Assembly: GCF_001194135.2 (NCBI RefSeq) | Contig: NC_068983.1 | Coordinates: 94,264,409 to 94,328,408, forward strand | DNA: 64,000 bases | Source of the DNA: Octopus bimaculoides | Lineage: Eukaryota | Direction of reading: 5' to 3' | Shown here: one piece after another, positions 35,831 to 49,727 of the stretch | How the letters are laid out: the number at the start of each line of letters is the position of its first letter | Numbering within the stretch: the first letter of the stretch is position 1 | Program-made: the position numbers and the translations under genes | The notes under the pieces: generated by a model | The model's input: only the letters and a program-made list of their open reading frames with translations | Databases searched by the model: none | What the model was told of the DNA's origin: nothing

Positions 35831-38185
35831 GTTCTATTCTTGTCAGTTGGTTTTATGCTGTTGTTTCAGCATTGGAAGTGGCAGAGTGCTTTAGCTTCAG
35901 CTTAAAATTATGTTGATGCAAAAGTTAAACTGGTTCACTGCAGTATTGCACACATTATCAAACAACTTCTTATATTGATGTTGAGCACTTGCTGTGCTAC
36001 ATAAAATTGTGTGCCTTCTTTCAAAGCTCTCTACATGTACTTAGTATTCAGAATTGCTTCTCATCATTGTGTTGCTATCAGGACTGTTCATCACCCTGTT
36101 GTTTCTATGAAATTTATCCTGTCTATAAAATATCTGACACAGTCTATACATCTTTTATTTTAGAATGAATATAAAAACTTAAATTTGGTTGCATCTGACT
36201 TTTTTTTAAGAACGGAATTTGCTTTTGTAATGCTATATTTTGTTCGTCCATGATATTAAGATATTAATACAATACGATGCTAATTCAACTAAATTTGTTG
36301 GTTATCTGCAATAAAATAGTATTGTTTTGTTTCTAGTGAATCTATCTTTAATCTCCTTTTAGCTTGTGTTTCTGATACCATAGAGACAGATTTAGAAAAC
36401 CTCATGTTTCATGAAAATCTGCTTTGTTATTTTTAGCTGTTGTACAAAAGGTCAATTATGTTCTTTTGTTTTTATTTGATAAGATTAGGTTGTAGAGGCT
36501 TCTGTGGCCTATATGAAAAAGTTCCGACTGAAATACTGAGAATGAATGCGCCTAAGAATGTCAGTAGTCCAGGTTTTTGTTGCTGTTGTAATAATAGCAA
36601 AGTGAGTGTGGAAGTGAATATTGTGTATTTATATTTGATGGTTGCACATTAGATGTAAGTGTCAATTCACACATTAATAGTAAGTCTTTCACTTACGGTA
36701 TGGTAACTCTATTGTCAGTAGACACTATATAAAAACTGTTGACCATTAGTTTTTAATAGTTGATATTATGAAGTGTAGAATGTTATCTTCATTATTAAAT
36801 AACATAATTCATACAAGTAGAAGAGACAGTGGTGACATTAATTAGGGCATCTAATAACACTGTAACACGATTTTTGTCCTTGGGTAGCAACTGTTATTTC
36901 CTATTTGCTTACCCCTAGAAAATATGAAAAATGGTTAATATGTCATTCAAACTTTGCTTTTGTTACATTTATTCAAACCTCAAAGAATCCCTCTCAACAC
37001 ATGGCTCTGATGTTCCTCCACTACTTCTGCGCATGATTAGAGATGCACATGTTGTTGGCCACTTAGGGAGAGGCTCAAGTGGTTAAGGTCAAAGCACATT
37101 ATTTGCTTTAATGATATTTCTGCTTCAGCAACTCAGTGCTGAATCTGTCTAAAACAGTGTTTCTCAACCTTTTTTTACCCATGGACCCCTTTGATTATTA
37201 TTTTATTCTGGTGGATCCCCATAGCCTCTCAGTGTTTAAAAACTAGTTTTATAAATACTTCTTTCAAAATTCCATTTTTTTTTCCAAACATTAACTTAAA
37301 AGGTAAAATGTTAGAGAAAGAAATCTAGTTGTTTCTTCCAATAAATACATTTATATCAAAATTTTTTCATGGATCTTTAATATACTACTGTGTGTACCCA
37401 ATTTATTATTTTGCTTGTATGGACAGAGAGCTACTGGTTTAAAACATAATGGAAAATATGTCATTTTCAAAACATTGATGTCCAGGTCACAAAAGCAAAA
37501 TTTGAAGGGAATAGTTGTCATTTCTTTTGATTTTTAGATAGAAGCAAATAGGAAATAACATTTACTGACCAAAGATAAAAAATTTTTTTTTTACACAATG
37601 TAATTAGCAATGCCAGTGTCCATGTTAATTGGATGAAATCTAAGAGCTTTTCTCATATTATCACAATGCTTTTCTGTATTTGGTTCAATAAAAAAGGCTT
37701 TGTCAACATTATCATTGAACTTTTCATTTTTTGTTTATCATTGCTTGCTTTTACTACAGCACATCAAGTTTATAGTATATGAAATATAAAAGTATATATT
37801 AGAGTATTTTTATGACCCATTCATAAAAAAAAACTGCCTACTCTTTATTTACAAGATATGTTGAAATTTATCAAATATGTTTTCTATGTAAATGTTTGCA
37901 TTTTATTAAAACTATATAGTTGTCTTATTAAGAAACTGTTATAATTCTATTCTCTATGCCAAGATTACATTACATGATGTCTTTTGTTAATTATTGAATC
38001 TATATATATTTCTTTACAGAAAGTAGTGTGTTTACCTCAGCTCTTCATCTTTAATTTAACACCTTATATCTGAATCTTGATAACAATGAGAATTATTATG
38101 CATCCTCATTTATAGTGGTTATTAATACTGTGTTTATTTTCTCCTTCACAGAATATATTACTGTAATAACTACTTGTATGAAATT

Positions 38186-38412
38186 TTAACCCTTTAGTAT
38201 TCAAATTACTGTCAAATGTAATGCTTACTTATTCACATTGTTTTGAATTAATCATATGTTATTTTGTAGCTATGAAATTTTGCTGATGTAACTGTTAATT
38301 TTTCTAGAATGACATAGTAGGTTAGGTGTAAGAAACCACATCTGGCCGGTTGAGCATAAAACAGGTAGACTGTTTTGGCTGTATATGTCCCGTTTAAATG
38401 CTAAAGGATTAA
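38186..38412. mobile_element. TTAA-MITE copy (opposite orientation to 10278)
   Basis: TTAACCCTTTAGTATT ... AATGCTAAAGGATTAA. Confidence 0.78.
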
Positions 38413-38556
38413 CTGATATTGACACAACTTTCCTCAAAATGAACATTTCTAAATTAAATGTTTCTACAACTTATATTTATTTGTATTCATCATATATTTG
38501 TATACTGTCTTTCTACCACTTTCTTTTCATCATTTGTATAACTTCTCTTCTAACAG

Positions 38557-38734
38557 CTCCCCTCACATTGTAAACAACAATAATCACAACATTCAGTTGA
38601 ACAGTATTATGGATCATCTAAAAACACGATTCAGTACGTTATGCAAATCTTTAAAAGTGCCAGAGTCTATGTGTAAAAAAGCCATGAACCATTGGGAGGA
38701 GTTATGGTTGAATCACCAAAAAGTCTTTCATGAT
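38557..38734 (+). CDS. RB1: RB1 coding exon 2 (start of RbN domain)
   Basis: ttctaaCAG / GTAAGT; SPHIVNNNNHNIQLNSIMDHLKTRFSTLCKSLKVPESMCKKAMNHWEELWLNHQKVFHD, aligning with human [25 protein letters not shown]; 178 nt, phase 2 to 0. Confidence 0.88.
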
Positions 38735-38804
38735 GTAAGTAAATTTAAAGGTACTTGTATACATGTGTAATATTTAGACATCTTTCATTAGGAAATGTCT
38801 TTTA

Positions 38805-39140
38805 TTTGTTTCAGTCATGCTGGGGCACTGCCTTGAAGTGATTCTAGTCAAACAAATTGACCATAGTACTTGTTCTTTTTTAAGTCTGGTACTTATTCTT
38901 TTGGTCCCTTTTACTGAGCTACTAAGTTACAACTGGTTGTCAAGTGGTGGGGGAAACAAACACAAAGGCACATACACACTTATGCATACACAACAAGCTT
39001 CTACAGTTTCTCTCTACCAAATTCACTCACAAGACATTGATTAACCTGAGGGGACACTCGTCCGATGTGCAACTCAGTGAGACTGAACCTGAAACCACAT
39101 GGTTGCAAAGCAAGCTTCTTAATCATGTGTATCTTTACAT
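38805..39140 (-). mobile_element. SINE family A
   Basis: Same head, core and tail; starts about 70 nt after RB1 exon 2. Confidence 0.7.
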
Positions 39141-40266
39141 GCATAAACATTCACCTTGCCATCTGCATACATAACAGCCACACAAGCTAATGAGCGGTTA
39201 CTCAACTGAATGAAGCAGCTACAAGGCCCTCTACAGATTTCTTAATTCATCTTTAAAATGGTAACCATTTGTTTTCAGATAGTATGTTTCATAATAGGGA
39301 AGGACTTGGTTCTGCTAGAATCAGTTACCTCTGTAGTATAGGTTTATAGCTATTTAAACAACACCCATATCACCATCATCATCATTATCAACATTTAACC
39401 TATGCTTTCCATGCTGGCATGGGTTGGATGGCTTGCCAGAAACTGGTAAAGCCAGGGGCTGCACCAGATTCCATAGTCTGTCTTGGCTTGGTTTCTACAG
39501 CTGGATGCCCTTCCTAACGCCAACCACTTTATAGACTACTAGGTACTTTTTATGTGGCAGCAGCCCCAGTGCTTTTTATGTGTCTCCAGCATCCACATCA
39601 ATACTTTTTATGTGACACCTTGGTTTTAGGATCTCAATTCTGTTGTGGTGGGTGAGTCTTCGTGAGTGCAGCAATGTGCCATATATCTTGGTCCTCTGTC
39701 ATGGATACTTATTGAAAAGTCAGCAATACAAATATAACAATGAAAATAGCTGACCAAAATATGTAAAAAAATAAAACTAAAAACAAAACAAATATTGAGT
39801 TACGAAAAACAAAAGAAGGGTCTTGTATTTATGGATTCATTTACAAATACTGGTCACAAAACTGATCCAAAACTCTGCCCCTTGTTTTCCTTCAACAATT
39901 ACCCATAACACTTCCCTACAATGGATAACAAACAACACTGACAAAAATCTCTTTCTACCTCACATCACTGCGGCTTATGTCTCTACAAATAATATTTCAG
40001 AATTTATATCTTTTATATATTACATCTTAATATATGTTATACACATATTAAATCTACTTCATACTTAAGAAAAAAAACCCCCATCTTTTATAACATTTAT
40101 GCAGGAGAACATGATATTACTATGTTGTACAGGTAATGGTATGAAAACTCTGATTGAAAGATGCAGAAGAGAAATATGTACACTGTACACACACTTGTAT
40201 TTGCATTTATGAAAAAATAAAAAACAAAACAAAAAAAAATACCTTTTTTATTATTGATAATTTCAG

Positions 40267-40322
40267 AGTCCAGCTGAAGCATGGTTTGGTTGTGCTCTCT
40301 ACAAATGTATCATTGATAGCAG
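40267..40322 (+). CDS. RB1: RB1 coding exon 3
   Basis: aattttCAG / GTAAGT; SPAEAWFGCALYKCIIDS(R), cf. pocket-protein W-x-x-C-x-L-Y helix; 56 nt, phase 0 to 2. Confidence 0.85.
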
Positions 40323-40499
40323 GTAAGTGTCTCTTATTTCCAAGTACAAAGGAGAAAACACTACAGATGATTTAGTTACTTGTTTAAACTAAGCAACATA
40401 GCAAATTAACCATATCTGATGGCATAAAAGACATAAAGACATATTAGACTCACCTCAATTTCAGTAGCACATATTCAGATAGAAGAGTTTTTAGTACAT

Positions 40500-40728
40500 T
40501 TAACTCTTTAGCATTTAAACTGGCCAAATCCGGCCAAAATATTCTACCTGTTTTATGTTCAAACTGACCAGATCCAACCGTTGCAATCTATCCTACAATG
40601 TCATTGTAAGAGTAAAACTGTCACATCATCAAAATTTCAAAGCTATGAGATAATGCGTGACTAATTCAAAACAAAGTGAATAAATAAATATTACATTTAA
40701 CATAATAATTTGAATGCTAAAGGGTTAA
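40500..40728. mobile_element. TTAA-MITE copy (same orientation as 10278)
   Basis: TTAACTCTTTAGCATT ... AATGCTAAAGGGTTAA. Confidence 0.78.
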
Positions 40729-41113
40729 GCATATAATAAGCTGAATTTTGCATATAGGACCCAGAATAATTTTTTTAGACATTTATTTTAGAAATAAGTG
40801 TCTTACATGCATAATTACACTTTAATCTTTTTAATACCAACCTATCTGGAACTGCCTGTTTCCATGATACAAACTTTTTGTTTTAAAGTGATCTAAATTA
40901 AAACTTTCCTTTAAAAATTCTTATTAACACCAGCTTAATAATGACAGTTATTTCACTAAATTCTTCATTATTTCCAAAATTAATTGAATCAAGAACAGTG
41001 TATCTAAACAGAAACATGATGACAAAAGGCTTAAATGTGTTAACTGGTTGATTTTATATTGTCAGCTACAAACATAAAAGGTTCTAACTGTTTATATCTA
41101 TACAATTTTCCAG

Positions 41114-41182
41114 ATCCGGCTATTGTGATTTAGATCCATATGTTTTCACAATCACAGACTTACTGAAAGCAGTAGATGTTAA
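41114..41182 (+). CDS. RB1: RB1 coding exon 4
   Basis: ttttcCAG / GTAAGT; SGYCDLDPYVFTITDLLKAVDV(K), cf. human SFTFTELQKNIEIS; 69 nt, phase 2 to 2. Confidence 0.85.
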
Positions 41183-42261
41183 GTAAGTATTTGTATTTTA
41201 TAGTTTTATCTATTTAAAAAAATATTTCTACTACTTTGTTGTTTTGGCTTTTGTTACTTGGCAATTTAATTTTACTATAGTTGTCATTCACCTATAGTAT
41301 TTGTTCATTGTATGCTTTGCAAAGACAGGCCAATCTAGAAATGTAATGTGTGTAATAAAATTAGAATGTATTCTTTATTTGCTGTAAATCTGCTTATTTA
41401 GTTTACTAAAACTACATTTTCCTTGAAAGTATTTTTGCTAAAATATTTTACTTTGCTGATTTGTATTTATTTGGCATCTGATTTTATCTGAGATTGTATG
41501 TTGGAACCAAAATAATTATATCGCAGTAGATTCATTGTGGACATTAAAATATACATTGTTATGAACATTATTTTGTGATAATAATATATTAGGAATCAAA
41601 GCCATTACACATTTGTCAGCTAGTTTCCTGATATTCTACTTTACCATATGTTTAATTCTATGATAGAATGTCTGTGAGTCTTTAACAGATACTATATGAG
41701 ATGAAGGTTTATTAGAGTTACATCTTAGTTTCATCACTTGAGTACCAAACAATTCTGACTTTCTCTCCCCATTTTTTTTGCAGATTCCCATGACTCTCTG
41801 TCACCATCCAATTCCATTATTATGAATTTGAATTGGGAACTTGAGTCAATAGTGAATCTTTCATTTGCTGATTACACAACCATGGATGCCACCCCCAAGG
41901 ATGTGTTGCAGATACTCTCTTGATAGAGTTTGGTGATCCTGACCATTGATCTTCTAGGATTCCTCTGCTCAGCATCAATGTAAGAAGTTGAGCACTTCTG
42001 CTACTTCTTGACAATCCACCATGCTGTAGTCTCATAATTTCGCCATATCCCTGGCAGGGTGGCTGAACAGGTGCTATGCCTTGCCAAAGAGCAGCCCATA
42101 ACTATGCAGGACATGGTTGTCATTTTGTGAGGTATTTTCAAATACCCGCATACCCATTTTACTTTCTCTTTATTGTTTCCATCTTCATCAAAAGATAGAA
42201 AAAAAAATCTTATTTCTTCTTTTCTGCTTTTCCTCTTCAAAATAATGTATTTCTTTTGCAG

Positions 42262-42393
42262 AGTAAAAGATTTTTTCATGTACATGTCACGTTTACAAGA
42301 AGTCCAAAGTTCAAGCCAAGCTGTAAATACTCACTTACAACAGCTAATGAAAAGATATATCATCACATCACCCATGTTTGCATTATTCCAAAG
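42262..42393 (+). CDS. RB1: RB1 coding exon 5
   Basis: cttttgCAG / GTAGAC; VKDFFMYMSRLQEVQSSSQAVNTHLQQLMKRYIITSPMFALFQ(R), cf. human [38 protein letters not shown]; 132 nt, phase 2 to 2. Confidence 0.88.
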
Positions 42394-42504
42394 GTAGACG
42401 ATTTATTTCTTTATTTTCAGAAACTTCTATGAAATCCCAAGTTTAATATCACTTGCAGACTTTTCAACGAATGGTAATCAGCTGAAATTCTGAAAATGTA
42501 TCTG

Positions 42505-42731
42505 TTAACCCTTCAACATTCAAATTATTTTGTCAGATGTAGTGCTTTTCATTCACATTGATTTGAATTAATCATGCATTATCTTGTAGCCTTGAGATCC
42601 CAATGATGTGATTGTGTATCTTTAGAATGACATTGTAGAGTATGTGTGAGAGGCCTGATCTGGTCAGTTTGAACATAAAACAGGTAGAATATTTGGGCTG
42701 GATACAGCCGGTTTAAATGCTAAAGGGTTAA
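42505..42731. mobile_element. TTAA-MITE copy (opposite orientation to 10278)
   Basis: TTAACCCTTCAACATT ... AATGCTAAAGGGTTAA. Confidence 0.78.
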
Positions 42732-42989
42732 ATACTTCTAAAGTATCCTTCCACCTTCACTTGCTTTATCAAAGTAATGTTTTAATGTTAGTTTGTGTTC
42801 AAGGGACTCTAAGAAAGTCTACAATTTAATATCTATTCTTTTCTTAGTTTCTTGTTTGTAATGTAGCTTAAAACAATTTATTTTACTGACACTTTCACAA
42901 TTTTTGCTACGTATATTTCAATATTCATATTATATAATTATATTTTGATGACATGCCATTGAGTTTTTCTTATTCTTTATTTTGTACAG

Positions 42990-43031
42990 AATATTTCCTC
43001 AAATTTTCAAACAGAACTCTAAGAATATATT
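42990..43031 (+). CDS. RB1: RB1 coding exon 6 (short)
   Basis: tttgtaCAG / GTAAGT; IFPQIFKQNSKNI(L); 42 nt, phase 2 to 2, equivalent to the 39-nt human exon 5. Confidence 0.75.
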
Positions 43032-45515
43032 GTAAGTATATTATTTAACTGGAAATTTTTTTGTTACTTTCCAGTGTTTCTGGTGTTCTTCAAACAGTTA
43101 TTATAAGAAACTTTTGGAAGGTAGTGTGGAAGGAAATCTGATTTATAACTAACTGTATAAATGAGTACGCATAGAAATTACCTTTGGAGATGTTGACAAT
43201 ATGATACTGAACACAATTTGGGATATAAAATAAATTGGTACTGTAGATAATTTTTCATTATAGAGTATTTTGTAATGCAGACAATTTGTTGCTATACACA
43301 ACTTTGTACTGTTAAATTGACTCTGAAAACATTTGGGAAATGTAGACAGTTTGGTGTTATGCTCAATATTGGAATGTTTAGATTTTGGTCAGGTATTATT
43401 AACATTTTAGTACTACAGCTAAATTGAAACTACAGATAACTTGTAGGAAAGCCTATATCCCCTCTCTCTCTTTCGGAGAGGCACAAGCACAGACATATAC
43501 ACACACGGCAGTAAATACATACATATTACATGTGCGTGCATGCACACACACACACACACACACACACTTATGTGTTGTAGACAGTTTTTTTTTTGTTTTG
43601 CTTTTGGCATTTTGGTGATGTGGACATTCTTAAATGCAGACAGTTTGGAGATATCGATTTTAATTTGTGGTTAAGTCAGCAGGGGAAAGACTGCACTCTT
43701 GATTCTTTTGAGACTAGTGGAAAGAAGGAATATAGTTATCCTCAGACCTAGTTTGGATGCTTGCAACTTAGTGGGTTCTGTTAAAGGCACCCAGTGGTCA
43801 AGTGATGGAAATGGATTGAGTCTACCAGTCAAGGATAAGGAAGGTTTCTTCCATGGGTTCCATCTAGTTGCAGAGTGAACTTCTTAATTACACACCACTG
43901 CCTACACGTAATTAGATCTTGTAGATTATTTGGTTCTATAGCCAATTTGGCAATATAGATAACTATTATATGAAAATTGAAAATATTTTTACTACCACAC
44001 ATTTAAGGCAGCTGTTATGTAGTATTCAACATCCACTGTATACCAAGTCAATATGCTTCAGTTTTAGACAATTATGTGTAACAGTAATGTCTCAATGGAC
44101 CTCACCATGGATACTTAATGATTTGCCTCTTAGATACACCAGATAGAACAAGAAGCTTTCAATTGAAAAGAATACCATGTTCCAGAGTTATCTATATTAG
44201 AGCTGCTTATAAGATCTCTCAGCATTGAGGCAGTTCTCGAGACCTTCTTTATTCTGAAATAACTTGCCTAACATGATCACAAAGAGCTTAAACTAGACTA
44301 TCCAGTGTATGTAGTTACTAGTTCATATAAACTTGGTATGAACTAGTATCTATCAGTTGCTGTTTAAAATCTAGCTGAGTATGTCTGTGTTAGGAATAGA
44401 GTTTCTTTTGGTATAGATAATATAAATCAAATGTTGTTAGCTTTGTGACTCACATCAGTACCTGAAAACATAATCTTTGGAAGTTCTTTGTGTAGATTAA
44501 AGAAAAATTCAAGATATCTGTGAGTGAATCTTAAGTAGTAATTTTGCATCAAGTAAAAAATTGTAAGCATGGTTTGCGGTACATACAATTACTGTATGTA
44601 CTGTTGTCTTTTTAATTTTTAATATTTAAATAATTAGATTCAGCAGTTGTTAACTGCCTTCAGAGACATAGCACTGGGTGGTTATAGTTTGCTTACTAGT
44701 TGTTGTCAATGTGATACCATTGTTGGCAAATAAATTCCCATTAGGATTCTCAGCAGTAGCACTTTTAAATTAACGAATGGTCTTTGCTGAACATTTGTCT
44801 CATGAAATTCAGCATCTTTCTTTTGCAAATGTGGTAATAGTTCAATCATTTAAAGATATTTTGGCAAATATCAACCACAAAAATTTATAAATTAAAAAGG
44901 CGTCCAATCATTTCATATTAGAGGGTGGAGAAACAACTGATATTTTCTCAATCAAATATTGATTTAGAGAAACATCATTCTCTGTAATGGAATTTCCTCA
45001 AAATGGTATTGTGTTACTATTAAAGAGACAGTTCTTTCAATTAATGTCTGCATTTCTCAGGCAATCTAATGTAATTTTGATCTTCAGGAAAGTTCCTCCT
45101 CAGTATTATCTCTTAAGCAAGTATCATCTTCATGTATTACTTTTTTTTTTTTATATATCATTCCCAAAGTCTTTTCTATTGCACATTGAAAAATGGCAAT
45201 TTCAGTTCTTATTCCATAAGACTCTTGTATCCAGTTTGGCAAACTAAAAGAAGTGTTAATGTTGGTGATAGCTTTGAAATCCTCATTTATTTGAATTTGG
45301 TGGTAAGCATAATTGAAGTTAAATTTTGAGAAAAATTTCATCCTGGCTAATGAGTGAAAGGCAGATTCAGTATTAGGGGTTAGAAAAAGTCTGAATGAAT
45401 CTTGGGATAAAAACTCACCTTGTAGTCACCACAGATATGTAAATCTCCATCTCCTTTTTATACAGTTGCAATAGATTTCAAACCCAACCAAGGGTTGGGT
45501 TTGAAATTCTACTAG

Positions 45516-45561
45516 GAAACCTGATGAAGGCTGGAGAGTAAATCAGCCAAAATGTTGTATC
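45516..45561 (+). ncRNA. Decayed minimal hammerhead ribozyme motif (Penelope terminal-repeat type)
   Basis: gaaac CTGATGA A GGCTG gagagtaaat CAGCC aaaa tgtt gtatc; stem II perfect; GAAAC appears mutated to AAAAT by CpG decay. Confidence 0.45.
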
Positions 45562-47272
45562 AACAAACAAGATGAGGACACATATCTGTCCAATGTAAAT
45601 AATATACAGAATTCCTCATCTCAAAAATATAGAACAGTTGCAATAGATGTCTATCTGCTACATCCAAATGGAACATGCTCTAATATGCGTTCTTGATAAT
45701 TTTTTGCAACTTCACAACTATTGGAGGTAAAATATGAATTGGTAGTGTTCAGGATTTAAAATATGAAAGGTGTATGATTTCAATTAAGTTCTGGCCTTAT
45801 AAAGTTTAAGCATATCAGTATCTTTAATGTCAGTATTATGTGCTATCATTATTTAGTATATCAGTTCTGACAAGACCATGACTTACCACTGTCCACTATG
45901 GCCAATAATATAATCTCCAATCAAGTGCCTGTTTGTAGGGTTCCCTTCAAAATAGCCCAAGGCTTTCGGTGCTGATCCATCAAATTGGTGCTTTTGAGAT
46001 GTTTTGTTTGACTAATGAGTATCCAAAGGTTCACTGGAATTAAGGTAACCTTGCTATCAGTATCCACTTGCATATCTAAACTGACACAATTTAATTAAAT
46101 TAAGTCAGTTACAATTTCCACCTCATATTTGAAATCACTTACACCATTTTTTATATTTCTATTAATTTCTCATATACAACCGTCTCTGTTGACAACCTTC
46201 CACCTCACTACACCAGTTTATTATAAACTTGTTGACTCTAACTCTTCCCTTGACTTCTCTTCCTTGCATCAATCTCACAGTTCATCTGCCTCTGCAGTGA
46301 AGGCCTGTACTTTTGTTGCAAAATTGATGCAAACACATTATTTTTCCTCTCACCTGGTTAAGCTCAACATGTTGCTGACTCCACTCTTCAACATGCCTAT
46401 TCTATCAGTTGCACTTCCTCACGTTTGCCATACACCTTCCCTTCCACAGTTCTCTTTCATTTTGCTACTTGATTACTTCAGTACACCCTCCTTCATAGCT
46501 TCTGTTTTCTACTAGCCAACTTCCCTATCTTTCCTGAACCTCCATTCATATCCTTCAAAAGATATGTGACTTTATAGTTAGTAGTTGCCTTACCTGCAGA
46601 CACATGTAACCTAAAACTTCCAAGTATTCCCAAACTCATTGCCTTACTTGTCCCTTCATCTATACAACTATTTGAGTAGTTGTATAGGCCCCAAATTTTG
46701 AGTCAGCATGATCCACCACTTTGACTGTGCCTTAGCTAACTGCATAACTTGCAAGGTCTACAGTGTATTGTATAACTATATGTATACACCACAGGTCACT
46801 ATTTGTGAGATAGGTTTGCTGGATGTTTATAATAATACTCACAGAATTCTCAAACCAATAATCTGAGACTTTAATTTGCCTGGTCACCCTTTACTTGATT
46901 ACTTCTCAGTCTATGGTGTTCTCAAACTTACATTCTAAAGAAACATGCAGACATAAGGAGCAGTGCTTTTATGTTGTGTTTTGATTAACTATGTGTCCAT
47001 ACAACTTTTAATTACACATGATGCTTGATGTTAATTGTTGTATGCAGTTTTTGCATATATTGTGCATAATACTGTCCACATTACATGTGGCATACAACTG
47101 TTCTGGTAGATAATGTATTAATTTATTATTATACTCTTACTATTTATAGTATTATTTTAAACCTAAAATTATTACTTTAAGTTTGCATTTGCTTGCATTG
47201 TGTTATATGCCTCAATTCTGTCCAACCCATGTAGGCATAGAAAAGTGGAAGTTAAAACAATGAAGGTAATGA

Positions 47273-47329
<57 letters not shown>

Positions 47330-49499
47330 TATAAACTAAAACTGGCACTCCAACAGTTACAATGATGAGTATTGCAGTTGATTTGATCAACAGAACAACC
47401 TGCTTGCGAAATTAACATGCAAGTGGATGAGCACTCCACAGACATGCATACCCTTAACATAGCTTTCAGGGAGATTCAACACCACACTGAATGCAACAAT
47501 GCTGGTCCTTTGAAATACAGGTACAGCTCATTTTTGCCAGCTGAGTGGACTGGAGCAATGTAAAATAAAGTGTTTTGCTCAAGGACACAACATGCTTCAT
47601 TTTATTGTTGTACAGCTTGTGCATTCACTGCACATATCAATTGCCTACACTATATACTCTGTTCCTATGTACTATTTTTTGCAGATAATGCACATTGTTC
47701 ATCCTTCTATTTTCATTATTTTTCCTCTCTGCTCCCTCCCTACCGCTTGTTTTAGATCACTGTACATGTCTGTCTTCCTCAAATCTTAAATTAACATTTT
47801 TTTTCCCCCACAGTTCTTAGCACTCCTCAAAATTCATTACTTATTTTCCTCATACTGTCACCTCCTTGCACACGTCTGTGTAATTCTGCTCTTGCCCTTT
47901 TGTCCATCATCCTGCTTGCCTTGTCTTCTCATGCTACACAACTTCACTTGAACCTCATCACATCCCATATTTCAATTGACCTGGCTCTTTCTGCTTTTAT
48001 CAATTCTCCCTCTTATTTTACTTCCTTCCATTTTGCCCCTAATACTTACACTGCCCTTTTTCTCTCTCCTCACTCCATTTACCGTTCCACATTGCCTTTC
48101 ACCTCTCCCTTTTCTCATTCACGTGTTTGCAGTTTTAGTATCAGCCTCTATGTTCTTTCTCTCCAAAGAACGACAAGTGCCTGAAGTATTGAATTTTCTC
48201 ACTCTTCAGAGCCAATTAACTTTCTGTAAATTTATTTTTCTTTTTAACCATGTCCAATAATAGACAACCTATCCTCAGTTTGTTCTATATTTTTCTTTTA
48301 AAACCTACTAAGTATTTCTTTCTGTTATACAATTTGCATATCTTGCCAAATGCAGGACACATCTTTGCAGTTAGAAAATTTCTTCATTTTGGATACATGA
48401 TAAACATCAGCATTTTTAGGCTCTGCTTTGCAAGAAATAGTCACTCTGTTAAAACATAATATCATTTCCTATTTTTGTATGAAATTCATTAATGCATCAA
48501 GGGAATATATTTCCAAACTGAAGTAGTTACATCATTCTCAGTCTGATGTCTTATTTATGGCATTAATGAGTCTTATTTGTATTATTTATTTATTTTTTAG
48601 TATAGGCACAGGCATGGTTGTGTGATAAGGAGCTTGCTTCCTAACCACATGGCTCTGGGTTCAGTCCCACTGTGTGATAACTTGGGCAAGTGTCTTCTAC
48701 TATAGCCTCAGAGTGAGGGACCTGATCTGGTCAGTTTGAACATAAAGCAAGGAGAATATTTTGGTTAGATATGGCTTGTTTAAATGTTAAAGGGAATAAA
48801 CACTCGAGTATTTTTTGATGATTCGGTACTGTGGACTGTTTTCATCAGTTTTTAAACAATTGATATTGTAGACGATTTTGTGATATAGTAATGGAAACTA
48901 AGTTTTGTACAGTCAGGCAAACAGGAGGGTCATAATAACAGTTATAGGTCCAGATCTTATGACTAAGCACTAACAATCAACATGTCACTTTTTCATCATC
49001 ATCATCATTTTTTTGTATTGTTATTAATGAAAAAATCAATTGATGGCTTGGTATTGATGGAATAAATGTCAGAATGTTAAAAACTTTATATTTGAGTGAT
49101 CAAATGATTGATAAAACCTCCAGCATAAAAGACTTGGTTTAATATGTCCTTAACCCTTTTGTTATATTTTTGTCAACATATGCTGTCTTTGTCTCTATTA
49201 GCTTTTAAAATAATGAAGTAGTTAGTAAAATAGGCTGGGATCTGGAATAAATTAGTATAAAATTTTGATGGAAGATTATAATTCAGACTACTTTAAAACA
49301 GTAAGTTTATGTTACAGTACCTAGGGTAGTCTCAGGTGGATTGATATCAAAAGGGTTAGATTATTAAATGTCCACTGGATAGAAGTACTTCCTCTACCTT
49401 TAGTCTCAGTAGTAGGATTAACAGTGTTTGGTCATGCATTTAAAGTTGATTAAAAAGACACCAACTAATTTTATTGATCTCAGAGAATGGTAATAGAGT

Positions 49500-49727
49500 T
49501 TAACCCTTTAGTATTCAGATTAATCTGTTAAATGTTATACTTATTTATTCACATTGTTTTGATTTAATCATGCATTATTATATAGATAAAAGATTTTGAT
49601 CTTGTGGTTGTTTATTTTTAGAATGACATTGTAAGTTAGGTATGGGAGGCTATATCTGGCTGGTTTGAACATAAAACAGATAGAATATTTGGGCCAGATA
49701 TTACTGTTTTAAAAGTTAAAGGATTAA
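49500..49727. mobile_element. TTAA-MITE copy (opposite orientation to 10278)
   Basis: TTAACCCTTTAGTATT ... AAAGGATTAA. Confidence 0.75.

Noticed and set aside
37155-37400. CAGTGTTTCTCAACC hAT-like terminus
   Set aside because: Only one end is visible, with no matching TIR or 8-bp TSD, so not called as an element
41784-41930. Strong polypyrimidine-CAG acceptor upstream of RB1 exon 5
   Set aside because: In the required phase it stops after three codons, with no similarity to Rb and no convincing donor; a poison exon cannot be excluded without RNA data
43190-43650. Recurring g(c/t)agaca(a/g)tttg motif
   Set aside because: Spacing is irregular and copies are too degenerate to define a unit; probably an eroded satellite
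45235-45302. 68-nt AG..GT segment of the same size as human RB1 exon 6
   Set aside because: It has a stop (TAA) in the required phase; the real equivalent is 51422-51495, which encodes CWILFLLCK
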